A stretch of 51,421 nt of DNA from a virus (Duplodnaviria > Caudoviricetes): IMG/VR virus record IMGVR_UViG_3300019886_000007, positions 1 through 51,421 of that record. One strand, 5' to 3'. Each line of letters begins with the position of its first letter. Position 1 is the stretch's first letter. The notes under the pieces were generated by a model. That model searched no databases and was not told the origin of the DNA. It saw only the letters and a list, made by a program, of their open reading frames with translations. Shown here in pieces: positions 17,960 through 26,899 of this stretch. A program made the position numbers and the translations under genes.

Positions 17960-19511
17960 TTAATAAATCTTCTTCCGCCTTCTTGTATGAATCCCATACT
18001 TCCTGACTTAAAGCTGGCTGCCAGTGTTTGGGACCATAAGCAAGAGCATCAAGTAAATGAATATCATCTGAAGCACCAAAACGATCAAATTCCTCAATAA
18101 GATCAGCTTGCCCTTCACTAAAGAATATCTGGCCCGCAGAGAAATAGTTAGCTAGACCACGAATACGTGCATCCTTCTCACGCTGCTTAGATGGTAACGG
18201 AACAATATTGAATCTGATATTCCGTAACTGCATCTCCCTCGGTAACCAATTCTGATACAAGCCACTAAAGTTAACTTCTTCGATACCTACTAACCGTGGA
18301 TGGAATCGAAGTACAGTTTTGAATAAATAATCTAATGCCTCAGGTGGTTTCCAAGGCTTCTTTTGTGCATCCAATACGAAAACTCTGTTTTTCTCGTCTG
18401 TACCAGTGACAATAAATCCACCAACACCTGATGCAGTTTTACCCAAAGCTGGGTCATATAAGACAATGATATCAAGTTTGCGTACATCAACGCGAAGTTG
18501 TGTGTGGCCCAGAAATGCAATAATCGTTGTGCGATCTGCCCAATAATAGAACTTCTTCCAAGTTGGATCAAATTCTGTTGCACCTTCTTTTGGATCATTG
18601 ATGTACTGTGCTGTCCAAATCTTACGATTCTTGCGTAAGACAACAAGAGATGATAACGGAAACTCCTCAGGAAATATAGAATGACGAACACCATCATCAC
18701 CAACTTCTTCAACGGCACGAATATATTTCCTAAGAGTATCGCCGTAAACCCTGTGAATATGTGCGTATAAGTCGTCAAATGACCATCTCGTTCCAGCCAA
18801 ATCCAGATGATCTTGCGCATGTGAGGAGAAGAAGGATTGTATGTTGTCAAACCAATCCTTGGCATTCTGCATCTCGGTTTTACTATCACGCGCTTTGTCA
18901 CCGATTAAGTCGTCCGCTTTGATATAATTGTAGTGGCGTCCCTGTGATCTACCACCGACACCCATTGTATCAAACGTTGGTTCTGACCAGAACTCCTGTC
19001 TTGGTAACTCTAACTCAAATTTATTTACACGCTGCGTCTTTGTATTTGGTACAAGCTCAGGGAATAAACCCATGAGCGTGACGTTCTGTAAAAAGTGATC
19101 TGCAATTTCCTTTAGGAATCTCGCGGCAGATTCCACGACTTCGTGTGCGAGCAATACTCTACAATTGGGTCCCAAGTTTCGGGGCCAAGGTTGATCCCCA
19201 ACATCATCGGTAAGTACAATCTGTATTCCGTCAGCCTTAGTAACAACAGTAGTCTTGTAGTGTCCACGGGGTAACAAGACTTCTCTAAATTGATCTTCAA
19301 TTGTCCATCTCATCCATGTACATAGATGACCATGCAAATTCGTCGATAGTTTTTTATATCCGAGGACGCCGCGGGCCAAAAAGAATAAATCAGTTTTTGC
19401 GCGGCGCCTTAAATACTTCCACTCGTCAGTCGTTAAGCCACTAAATTTTTTCTCAGCAGCCCGTTGATATTGTAATACTAACTCTGGGTCGATGTTATCT
19501 AGGTCTAGCAC
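17916..19511 (-). CDS. terL: Terminase large subunit
   Basis: Walker A PRGHYKTT, Walker B YIKADD, coupling motif GTRW, RNase H-like YDPA...HLLDALAY. Confidence 0.93.
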   Translation of the reverse strand: MLDLDNIDPELVLQYQRAAEKKFSGLTTDEWKYLRRRAKTDLFFLARGVLGYKKLSTNLHGHLCTWMRWTIEDQFREVLLPRGHYKTTVVTKADGIQIVLTDDVGDQPWPRNLGPNCRVLLAHEVVESAARFLKEIADHFLQNVTLMGLFPELVPNTKTQRVNKFELELPRQEFWSEPTFDTMGVGGRSQGRHYNYIKADDLIGDKARDSKTEMQNAKDWFDNIQSFFSSHAQDHLDLAGTRWSFDDLYAHIHRVYGDTLRKYIRAVEEVGDDGVRHSIFPEEFPLSSLVVLRKNRKIWTAQYINDPKEGATEFDPTWKKFYYWADRTTIIAFLGHTQLRVDVRKLDIIVLYDPALGKTASGVGGFIVTGTDEKNRVFVLDAQKKPWKPPEALDYLFKTVLRFHPRLVGIEEVNFSGLYQNWLPREMQLRNIRFNIVPLPSKQREKDARIRGLANYFSAGQIFFSEGQADLIEEFDRFGASDDIHLLDALAYGPKHWQPALSQEVWDSYKKAEEDLLNERDVETGYSHMYS

Positions 19512-19531
19512 GTCTCTCTAATCCTATCCAA

Positions 19532-19783
19532 CTACTGTGAATAGACACTGACAGTCGTATTGAAAGATACATCGCTGGAGGTTCCGCCACTGGCATGAGC
19601 TGATACAGAAAACGAACAACCGTAATGATTGTCATTGGGAACAAGCTTTTTGAACAAATCGGCGGCTACGTCGATATGCTCAAGTTCCCTTTCATTACGG
19701 CCCTCCTTCGCTTGGGCAACTTTGTCTTTAAGCTGCTCGTGTGCAAGATCACACCTTCCAGATAAACTAAGTGACCAACTCAT
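19532..19783 (-). CDS. Hypothetical protein
   Basis: 83 aa, GGAGG RBS, ATGA overlap. Confidence 0.5.
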   Translation of the reverse strand: MSWSLSLSGRCDLAHEQLKDKVAQAKEGRNERELEHIDVAADLFKKLVPNDNHYGCSFSVSAHASGGTSSDVSFNTTVSVYSQ

Positions 19784-19986
19784 TTCTCAAAATCCTCCGC
19801 TCTGCGGTAAGGATGATTGTTAGATGGTAATTCATAATACCTATTGAGTATATCAGCTATCAAACGTGCCTCACGTGCGAATAACTTCTCACCTGGCCCC
19901 AGAATCAAGAATGGTGTATGGTCCTGGTATATATCGTAGCATGGTGTCCGTCTACCGTAGTGCGGTTTCTTTACTGCATGAAACAT
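19780..19986 (-). CDS. Hypothetical protein
   Basis: 68 aa, coupled to neighbours. Confidence 0.45.
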   Translation of the reverse strand: MFHAVKKPHYGRRTPCYDIYQDHTPFLILGPGEKLFAREARLIADILNRYYELPSNNHPYRRAEDFEK

Positions 19987-20165
19987 TACTGAAAATGCTT
20001 TAACAAGTTAGAAATAAATCCAGGCTTCTCGGAATCTGCGGTGGATTCTGCCTCACCAATTTTCGCAGCCGTCTTACGCATTGCAGCACCCTTCTTACCA
20101 TATGCCTCTACAGCAAGTGAATCATCTTCACTCATAGGAGGCTTCTTTGGCTTTGGTCCCGTCAT
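19986..20165 (-). CDS. Hypothetical protein (59 aa, not in ORF track)
   Basis: MTGPKPKKPPMSEDDSLAVEAYG...LLKHFQ, with ATGA and TAATG overlaps on both sides. Confidence 0.5.
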   Translation of the reverse strand: MTGPKPKKPPMSEDDSLAVEAYGKKGAAMRKTAAKIGEAESTADSEKPGFISNLLKHFQ

Positions 20166-20383
20166 GCGTTCCCCCTTACAGATTTGTCTGCATCAGGTGG
20201 CGCAGTACTCGCGGTCGTTGTACCCATGTTTGGATCACCTACACTATCACTAAACTCCCCGCCTTCATGTAAGTGCGTATCTACATTCTTCTGTGTTGGA
20301 CCTTCTTCTGTCTGTCCACGCATGGCGAGATACTTGTGTTGATTAATCTCACCAGATCCTGGATAATTTCCTTGTACACCCAT
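20162..20383 (-). CDS. Hypothetical protein
   Basis: 73 aa, AGGAGG RBS. Confidence 0.55.
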   Translation of the reverse strand: MGVQGNYPGSGEINQHKYLAMRGQTEEGPTQKNVDTHLHEGGEFSDSVGDPNMGTTTASTAPPDADKSVRGNA

Positions 20384-20410
20384 TACACACCTCCTAGAGT
20401 AATTAAATCT

Positions 20411-20439
20411 ATAAGGGAGGCCAGATTGCTCTAGCCCCC
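20411..20439 (-). terminator. Hairpin / weak terminator with GCAA tetraloop
   Basis: Minus strand reads GGGGGCTAGA-GCAA-TCTGGCCTCC-CTTAT, just after the 20446 stop. Confidence 0.5.
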
Positions 20440-20445
20440 ATGTTA

Positions 20446-20790
20446 TTACGCCGCTGGCGTATTTGCAGCCACAGCAGCAGAAAGAGCCTGCGTCTGAGAC
20501 TCGATCTGTGCATTTACAGCAGCAACGCGGCTCATATCACCAGATGCAATTGCAGCATCAAGTGCAGCCTTTAAACCGGAGAGAAGCGTAACTGCGGACT
20601 GAATAACATCGGTCTGTGCGGTAACATCAGATTCAAGCGTGTCAAGTTCACCAGCCATTTGAGTAACCTCTGCTTTAGTTGTGAGTACAGCGTTGAGAAT
20701 CTGATCTATCTTATTATGCGTAGCTTCGTCTGCCTCACTTGTGATATGAAGGTGGACGTGAACTTCTTTCTCTTTCTTAGGCGCCATCAC
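20446..20790 (-). CDS. Ala-rich coiled-coil protein
   Basis: 114 aa with heptad pattern ELDTLESDVTAQTDVIQSAVTLLSGL. Confidence 0.55.
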   Translation of the reverse strand: MMAPKKEKEVHVHLHITSEADEATHNKIDQILNAVLTTKAEVTQMAGELDTLESDVTAQTDVIQSAVTLLSGLKAALDAAIASGDMSRVAAVNAQIESQTQALSAAVAANTPAA

Positions 20791-20990
20791 ACACCTGCTA
20801 ACGGTAATAGAATCTGAATTGCAAGAATAAAGATAATGAGAACACCAACTACAAGAGCAATCTGTTTGAATACAGCATCAATAGGAAGTAGTCTTACAAT
20901 GTAAACTATACCACCAATGATAACCACCCAGATTAGAAATCGAACCAAACTGTGTGACACATCAGCAGCAAGTAACATGATCGAGAGCAT
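20787..20990 (-). CDS. Small two-TM membrane protein (Thivi_2564-like)
   Basis: LIWVVIIGGIVYIVRLLPID..FKQIALVVGVLIIFILAI. Confidence 0.6.
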   Translation of the reverse strand: MLSIMLLAADVSHSLVRFLIWVVIIGGIVYIVRLLPIDAVFKQIALVVGVLIIFILAIQILLPLAGV

Positions 20991-20993
20991 AGA

Positions 20994-21143
20994 CTACCTC
21001 CCTTTATATTTGTCTCCACCTTTGCTCTTACGCGATTCAGATAGCGCAATTGCAATAGCTTGTTTCTGTGGACGACCAGACTCACGTAATTCCTTAATAT
21101 TCTTACTAATCGTTTTCTGGGATGATCCTTTCTTGAGTGGCAT
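20994..21143 (-). CDS. Small basic conserved phage protein
   Basis: [19 protein letters not shown]...[10 protein letters not shown], a common phage motif. GGAG RBS. Confidence 0.65.
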   Translation of the reverse strand: MPLKKGSSQKTISKNIKELRESGRPQKQAIAIALSESRKSKGGDKYKGR

Positions 21144-21144
21144 A

Positions 21145-21372
21145 TTAGACTCCGATCTTGTTCTCATCCAACTTATGATCACCACACCAGTCGGTAACAA
21201 ATACTACTGGATATCCATTCATTGTAGGTGCATGTCTACGACAACGCCCTAAATTAGATTCACTTTCATCAGCTTTTGCTTTTTTAACAAACCACATACA
21301 ACTAGCACAACTCATTCCCTTTGATCTATGTTTCCAAGGATCATCAGTAGTTGCATTAATGGTTGGTAGCAT
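21145..21372 (-). CDS. Small Cys-rich metal-binding protein
   Basis: CASCMWF...GRCRRHAP...DWCGDH. Confidence 0.6.
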   Translation of the reverse strand: MLPTINATTDDPWKHRSKGMSCASCMWFVKKAKADESESNLGRCRRHAPTMNGYPVVFVTDWCGDHKLDENKIGV

Positions 21373-21377
21373 ACTAA

Positions 21378-21830
21378 CTATCCTCTCCCACCTCTACGAC
21401 GCTTGAAAGATCCCTTATCTCCACCACCACCGCTAAACGGAATCTTTAATACATCCACGAATAGCGAAAATACCACTCCAATGTTGATTGATCTAAAGAA
21501 CCGTACACTTTCAGTCACCGCCACGGCAAAGGTAACTGTGATATTTGTGAACAGACCCACCTTCTTTTGGACACCAACTGAGTAGATTACCGATATCGCC
21601 TTGGTTGCCTTAATTAACTTCTGTACTCCTACAGCATACGTTATAGTAATCGCTGCCGTCTGGAAATACTTAACTAGCCTACTAGTTGTAACCCCAAATG
21701 TAACTGGTATATTCTGAAACTGGTTAATTTTCTTTTGTACACTCACACTATATGTGACAGCTATATTCTGTGTTACAAAATTTAATACTCCACCAGCAGC
21801 ATCATCAGCAAGTAATAAACTCATGCCCAA
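21378..21830 (-). CDS. Beta-strand repeat virion appendage protein, putative
   Basis: Repeats of about 19 aa (I.V.Y/F.V.VQK) and a basic C-terminal tail. Confidence 0.45.
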   Translation of the reverse strand: MGMSLLLADDAAGGVLNFVTQNIAVTYSVSVQKKINQFQNIPVTFGVTTSRLVKYFQTAAITITYAVGVQKLIKATKAISVIYSVGVQKKVGLFTNITVTFAVAVTESVRFFRSINIGVVFSLFVDVLKIPFSGGGGDKGSFKRRRGGRG

Positions 21831-22531
21831 CCATCAACAACAGCAGGATCAATTTCTGCCCACTCAACTGAAACAGATGCCATCCATGTACCAGTACCAG
21901 GAACAGCAACGCTACGAACTACGAAACCTTCTTGGTTTGCTAATATAACTGGATACTCATCATTTGAATTTCTTTGCCATAGATAAGTACCGGGAGCAAT
22001 AATCTGCCCATTTAAGGATGCTGTAATAGGTCCAGGTGCTGCTAATGCTGCAAATGCAGTACCATCTAATGTCTTAGTACCTACACCTAATGCAGCAGTC
22101 GTAGCAATACGAACGTCACCAGCAGCTAATAATGATGTACCATGATTAGTACGTTTTTTACTATCATTAGCACCAAACGTAATACCAGTACCTAATGTTC
22201 CCTGCGCAGACCATGAACGTGCAATACGAGCTTCAAGTTGTACAGGTACACCAGCAGCAAAGAATGTTGTAGATACACATGCTGATACAACAATGGATCG
22301 AATTAAAACAAGTCTACCAGATGCGTCTACGAATCTGAATTGAAATATTTCAGAATTAGCAGCAAGTGCAGCAGGTAAAATACCTGTAAATAAGCTAATA
22401 CCATATGATCCACGAGCACCTAATGGCATAGGACGTGCAGACATTCTAGCTGCAAAGTTAGCATCTACAGCTAATTGTGTTGCGCCATCTTTACCTAATA
22501 CTCTATGAATCCAACTCATGACCACACCCAC
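21821..22531 (-). CDS. Virion appendage / structural protein, putative
   Basis: 236 aa, beta-rich, Ala/Gly/Thr-rich. Confidence 0.45.
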   Translation of the reverse strand: MGVVMSWIHRVLGKDGATQLAVDANFAARMSARPMPLGARGSYGISLFTGILPAALAANSEIFQFRFVDASGRLVLIRSIVVSACVSTTFFAAGVPVQLEARIARSWSAQGTLGTGITFGANDSKKRTNHGTSLLAAGDVRIATTAALGVGTKTLDGTAFAALAAPGPITASLNGQIIAPGTYLWQRNSNDEYPVILANQEGFVVRSVAVPGTGTWMASVSVEWAEIDPAVVDGWA

Positions 22532-22803
22532 CTTACATTAAAAGTACCTACACCTAGCATAGCAATTGGGTGGGCAAATATAGTAAATCCTGTTCCTGCA
22601 ATAATGTCACCAACCACTAATGGACAGAGTGCAGCAGCTTCTTCGTGTTCATCTACAGTGTTATCTGATGTACTTTCTTTCATAAAGAATGCCTCTACAT
22701 GTGAGCCAGCTATAATTCCTGCTTGGCCCGTTACAGCTATGGAGGCACTTTCCGATGGAGTAGCTGTGAAATCTAAAACTGCTGTTCCCTTAGATGCTGC
22801 CAT
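22516..22803 (-). CDS. Small structural protein, putative
   Basis: 95 aa, beta-rich, ending FNVRWVWS. Confidence 0.45.
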   Translation of the reverse strand: MAASKGTAVLDFTATPSESASIAVTGQAGIIAGSHVEAFFMKESTSDNTVDEHEEAAALCPLVVGDIIAGTGFTIFAHPIAMLGVGTFNVRWVWS

Positions 22804-22806
22804 GAT

Positions 22807-23175
22807 TTACGCTGGATCAAGTGTAACTGTGTACTGAATCTGGTCACTGATAGCAAGAACGATATTGCCGTGATCGAAGTGAACTAATAGATTACCTAAT
22901 GTAAGCGCATCAAAGCAACCTGCATTGGTAATCGTCTTAGCTCCAGCGGCAGTTAATGTAAATATGTTCTGCCATTTTGCTGCTGCACCAGATCCCTGTA
23001 AACTAACAGTACCAGCTACTCGTGCTTCTGATTCTGCTGTAAACAAAGTGGTATCAGCTTTTGCTGCTGTACCTGCACCTGAACCCCAATGTCCAAAGTG
23101 ACCATCTAAAGCATTAGATTGGACTATAGCTCCAGCAGCCCATTCTTCACCGAGGTTTGTCAGGACTGCTGCCAT
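22807..23175 (-). CDS. Tail-collar/fibre N-terminal-like domain protein
   Basis: LTNLG...GSG...A...DTTL..E..R...TITNAGCFDA...GNLL pattern of fibre/collar anchor domains. GAGGA RBS. Confidence 0.55.
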   Translation of the reverse strand: MAAVLTNLGEEWAAGAIVQSNALDGHFGHWGSGAGTAAKADTTLFTAESEARVAGTVSLQGSGAAAKWQNIFTLTAAGAKTITNAGCFDALTLGNLLVHFDHGNIVLAISDQIQYTVTLDPA

Positions 23176-23440
23176 GTATCCTCACATTTCCTTTTTCTGT
23201 AGAAGCTATCTCACCTAAATCTTCATATGTACCTGTAGCTGCACGAAATACTTTAGCTCTAACACTTACTTTTGCTCTCACTTGAACATTATGCTCACTG
23301 GCCCGCACAGACAATCCGCCATCTTTACCTACTGTATCTTCCACTTGTCTACCATATGAAAGTGTACCTTTACGTATTCTATATTCCGTAATCCATGAGC
23401 GTACCCAGCTTCTAGTGTGTCTCCACCACTGAGTAATCAA
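23147..23440 (-). CDS. Hypothetical protein (start uncertain)
   Basis: Fills the gap between neighbours. TTG start inferred. Confidence 0.35.
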   Translation of the reverse strand: MITQWWRHTRSWVRSWITEYRIRKGTLSYGRQVEDTVGKDGGLSVRASEHNVQVRAKVSVRAKVFRAATGTYEDLGEIASTEKGNVRIHGSSPDKPR

Positions 23441-23444
23441 CTCT

Positions 23445-23807
23445 TTAAGTAAGGAGATAAGTCTTATTAGCTTTGAACGTGCGATCAGCAGCAACGTTAG
23501 AAGCTGCTTTGATCCTGAATGCAGCAAAGACAGGAATCTCATAGAATACTCTCGCCTTGCTTGCTGTAGCTACAGACGAATCAGCAAGTGTATCTGAACC
23601 TATTTGTAGTGTAAACCATGTAGATGCAGCAGTTGCAGCAGGATCATTAGAAACTTCTACAGTAAATGCTACGGCATCAATTGTAGCAGGAGTCATAATC
23701 CCAACAGCATCTGCGTCTGCATACTGTTCTTTGGCGAGTAAAATATTCGATACCGCTGTACCGTTAGGAATAACTAAATCTTTAAGTGGAGAACACGAAC
23801 GAGCCAT
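23445..23807 (-). CDS. Small beta-sandwich structural protein, putative
   Basis: 120 aa, IPNGTAVS...FTVEVSND...FRIKA pattern seen in phage head-surface proteins. Confidence 0.5.
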   Translation of the reverse strand: MARSCSPLKDLVIPNGTAVSNILLAKEQYADADAVGIMTPATIDAVAFTVEVSNDPAATAASTWFTLQIGSDTLADSSVATASKARVFYEIPVFAAFRIKAASNVAADRTFKANKTYLLT

Positions 23808-23808
23808 G

Positions 23809-24390
23809 TTAACCTACTTTCTTGTTAACTTCGGCACCACCAGATATTAGTTCAAACGGTTTATGTTCGTGTAAATCTTTAACCTCGTCAGAGAGCGTAA
23901 TCGCGTCTCGCAAGTTCTTTGCAGATTCTTCCGAGAGGATTACAGCTTTACCAATGAATGTATTGTTTTGTACGCCTGGAGGTCTACTAGAACCATCACT
24001 ATCACTTGCAGTCTTTAAATGTCCAATACCCTTGATGATTTGTAACCCTCTGTCGATAACTGCAAACGGAGACTTTTTAAATAACTCTTCATCATTAGCG
24101 ACAAGCTCAATCTTGTTCATGAATTTCTCTGCAACGTTAGTTAAGCGTTGTCCAAGATCGGCGTTTATGTTAGCGAGGAGTCGCTCCTGAATAATCTTGA
24201 TGCGGGCCCGGCCCTGCAACGATACTAATATATTCGATACCGCTTGAGGAGTGATACCTGTCTCTGCTGCTACTCTAGTGTTATCATAACCTAAGCAATG
24301 TTTGTACACAACATGATCGTAACGTGGCTTCCACGTCTTAGGTTCCCACCGTGTAGTTGTACGTGCTTCTAGTAACTTACGTTTACCCAT
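23809..24390 (-). CDS. Terminase small subunit, putative (HTH)
   Basis: N-terminal HTH (NTRVAAETGITPQAVSNIL) then helices. First substantial gene of the packaging arm. Confidence 0.55.
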   Translation of the reverse strand: MGKRKLLEARTTTRWEPKTWKPRYDHVVYKHCLGYDNTRVAAETGITPQAVSNILVSLQGRARIKIIQERLLANINADLGQRLTNVAEKFMNKIELVANDEELFKKSPFAVIDRGLQIIKGIGHLKTASDSDGSSRPPGVQNNTFIGKAVILSEESAKNLRDAITLSDEVKDLHEHKPFELISGGAEVNKKVG

Positions 24391-24395
24391 AACCG

Positions 24396-24527
24396 TTACT
24401 TACCTCTCTTGCGGTTATACGCTTTTACACCCACACCAGCAAGTTTAGGTGGCGTGAGCGATTTATTCATCAACCTGATTTTCTTCATAGCATACGTGTT
24501 CTTGCCAACTCCACGTGGTCTTTTCAC
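24396..24527 (-). CDS. Small basic protein (43 aa, not in ORF track)
   Basis: GAGGAG RBS and GTG start, MKRPRGVGKNTYAMKKIRL...RKRGK. Confidence 0.45.
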   Translation of the reverse strand: MKRPRGVGKNTYAMKKIRLMNKSLTPPKLAGVGVKAYNRKRGK

Positions 24528-24619
24528 ATATACTCCTCATCCGTATTCATGTATAAAGTTACACGTCTCTCCTATATACAAGAAAGAGGCCCGCTGCGCC
24601 AGCCCGCACCTAACCCCTC

Positions 24620-24657
24620 TCCAATTGGAAAGTTGGATCATAGTTGGATAATTGGAG
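24620..24657. repeat. TCCAATTGGA palindrome with TTGGA iterons
   Basis: tccaattggaaagttggatcatagttggataattggag, the same motif as at 26347-26612. Confidence 0.7.
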
Positions 24658-25002
24658 TCGAGGACCAGCCACCCTAGTTCGTAAATACAAGCTAGTTCGT
24701 ATATGCATATCACTCATACACATAATCACTCCTTTGTATATATACAGTTGAAAAAAGTGAGTTACGTATTATCTTGAGATGTTGCGCGCGCTTAGCGTTC
24801 GTGAATTTACCCCCGGTGGGGGTCAGCGTGAGTGAGTACACACACAACAGCAGGCCCACCGCAAGAGAATGATAATCAATCTCATTATATGTATGTGTTG
24901 CATTGGTGCATATTGTGTTGTCACATTGCCGCATCGCCTCACGTATATGCATGGCGCGAGTCTGTATATATGGGGCTGGCCCCGTATCTGTGGCTGTATC
25001 TG

Positions 25003-25018
25003 TGGCATGTGGTATGCT
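25003..25018 (+). promoter_or_regulatory. sigma54-type -24/-12 box
   Basis: TGGCATG-TGGT-ATGCT against consensus TGGCACG-N4-TTGC. Confidence 0.4.
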
Positions 25019-25370
25019 ATGTATCCCTGTGTAATTGTGTCGGTGACTCTCACCACAGGATGACAGAAGTAGAAAACTGGCTGGGCCTGACGGGCCTTGG
25101 AGATCATACTCCACACAGCCAATGTGTACAGATCAATCCACCTGTAACCGGAGGGGCCAGCAAATCTAAATAGGCTGTAGAAACGGGCCGCAACGGATGC
25201 GGATACACCTAGTGGCAGTATTGCCGATAATGGTGAATCTATCACGTAATTGTGTATATGCGGGCGGGGCCAGTCGCCAGTTTTCACCGCTTGCGCAAGA
25301 GGCAAGGCAGGTCACATCTAAGCCACTACCGGGCAAGGTGTTACCTAGCTGCCGCTACTTGCGCCCTCTA

Positions 25371-25399
25371 TTGACCTGAGACTGCCACTACTATATATT
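25371..25399 (+). promoter_or_regulatory. sigma70-type early promoter
   Basis: TTGACC-N17-TATATT upstream of the first rightward gene. Confidence 0.75.
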
Positions 25400-25456
25400 A
25401 GAGGCAGTTAGATAGATGTACAGGTCACTTCCACCATTCTTTTGAGGATTCTACAA

Positions 25457-25942
25457 ATGACTGCTCCCGCCGTTGCTGCACCCGAGACTTCCGCCACTAC
25501 TGCGGATGAGACGAAAGCGCCTGTCGTGGATCATACTTGGCGTGAAGAGGAAATCACCGTCACCAAGATTCCGAATCACGAGGACGTGAAATTCAAAATC
25601 CGTTACAAGGTTTACAAGGGTTTCGATAACCTCGTGGCTGCGTTTGGTGGTCAGTCGGTGGCTGAGAATGTGCTTGCTGCTGCGCACGACAATCGTACCA
25701 AGGGCAAGGCGAGCACGACTATCCGCCAGAAGATGAAGAAGGGTGAAACTGTGGAGAAGGCAATTGCTGCCGCGCAAGCCGTTGCCGAGGCGTTTGTGTA
25801 TTCTGAGCGCGGAACGTCCGCCAAGAAGGTTGGCGAAGCTGTGCAGGAATTGCAGAAGGAAATCAGCACGCAGGGCCTCGACCCCGAGAAGATGGACGAG
25901 GCGCAGCTTCGTGAATGGATGCGCAGGTTTACGCAGCTTTAA
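25457..25942 (+). CDS. First early protein, unknown function
   Basis: 161 aa, GAGGA RBS, own promoter and terminator, visibly GC-rich third codon positions. Confidence 0.75.
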   Translation: MTAPAVAAPETSATTADETKAPVVDHTWREEEITVTKIPNHEDVKFKIRYKVYKGFDNLVAAFGGQSVAENVLAAAHDNRTKGKASTTIRQKMKKGETVEKAIAAAQAVAEAFVYSERGTSAKKVGEAVQELQKEISTQGLDPEKMDEAQLREWMRRFTQL

Positions 25943-25973
25943 GTATCTGCTCCGCTCGCATATACACAGAACA

Positions 25974-26005
25974 TGGGCGCCGCTTACACAGGGCGCTCAT
26001 TTCTT
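25974..26005 (+). terminator. Intrinsic terminator
   Basis: TGGGCGCC/GGCGCTCA stem followed by TTTCTT. Confidence 0.6.
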
Positions 26006-26036
26006 CCCCTCCGCTCACTCTCACTCTGAGGCATCT

Positions 26037-26222
26037 ATGTTCGGGTTTATGATTGGTCATACTGTGTATGGAGTCAGCGATACGTTAGAGGCGTGTCAAG
26101 AGATTCTAGCAGATTGGCGTTTCAAATGCCTAATTCATCCTCGTGGTGATGAGGCAGGAAAGAAACGGCTCAAATATCTAGATAGTGCAAAGTTTGTACA
26201 GATTACCCCCGTGTCCACATGA
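26037..26222 (+). CDS. Hypothetical protein (61 aa)
   Basis: GAGG RBS and ATG 26037, followed by a terminator. Confidence 0.55.
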   Translation: MFGFMIGHTVYGVSDTLEACQEILADWRFKCLIHPRGDEAGKKRLKYLDSAKFVQITPVST

Positions 26223-26235
26223 ACGGGGTTTTTTT
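26207..26235 (+). terminator. Intrinsic terminator
   Basis: CCCCGT/ACGGGG stem followed by T7. Confidence 0.7.
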
Positions 26236-26346
26236 GTGCTGGCACCATATGTGAGTGAGTAGTCACGTTGAGCACTCACTTGCATAGCTGTGTATGCACG
26301 ATGTGGACAGGATACAGTACATACGCAATATACATAAAATACACTT

Positions 26347-26612
26347 GTATATTTCCAATTATCCCATCCAATTTCCAATTGGAAGCTTCGGGAGGCAGGC
26401 GCTGGCGTGTCCACTTGGACACAGGCAGGGGGTGTTAGGTTGTTATACATATAAAAAAAATATATAATAATACTACACAACGACTTACGAGGTCGGGGTG
26501 TCAAAAAAATTTCCAGTAAGGATTGGGGCATATCCCCCATGGGTGTTCCAATTGGAAAATGGATGGATGGATGGGTGGGATAATTGGACGGCGTGGAAAA
26601 TTGGAAATACAC
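26347..26612. repeat. Imperfect inverted repeat built from ATTGGA units, each arm containing a TTCCAATTGGAA palindrome
   Basis: Left arm 26347-26384 and expanded right arm 26546-26612 flank an AT-rich core. Confidence 0.75.
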
Positions 26613-26708
26613 AGATTCACGAGTATATACACACACTCAAGTATATACACAGATACACGCTCACAGTTATATACTCAGTCGCCAGTATACATGAAATATA
26701 CACATTTG

Positions 26709-26723
26709 TGGCATGGTTCTTGC
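26709..26723 (+). promoter_or_regulatory. sigma54-type -24/-12 box
   Basis: TGGCATG-GTTC-TTGC. Confidence 0.55.
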
Positions 26724-26804
26724 CGTTGTTGTGTACGTGCTACAAATGTGGTATACATACAACAACACCGTGAGTTAAATCGTTGTGGCGTCAGGAGTTA
26801 GGTA

Positions 26805-26820
26805 TGGCACAGTCTATGCT
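26805..26820 (+). promoter_or_regulatory. sigma54-type -24/-12 box
   Basis: TGGCACA-GTCT-ATGCT, 80 bp upstream of ATG 26900. Confidence 0.5.
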
Positions 26821-26899
26821 ACACTAGCTAGGAAAAAAGTTTCTGCTCATTCCTGTATATACACAGTAGTTTTACATTCACACTAGGGAGATTCTAAAA

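Noticed and set aside
24409-25379. ORF-track ORFs in the left control region
   Set aside because: They overlap on both strands, have low-complexity His/Tyr/Cys/Ile composition from RY repeats and lack an RBS, so they are probably spurious
26470-26505. Minus-strand TTGACA as a sigma70 promoter
   Set aside because: No -10 element at 16-18 bp spacing
26178-26801. ORF-track ORFs in the right control region
   Set aside because: They run through the repeat array and have implausible composition
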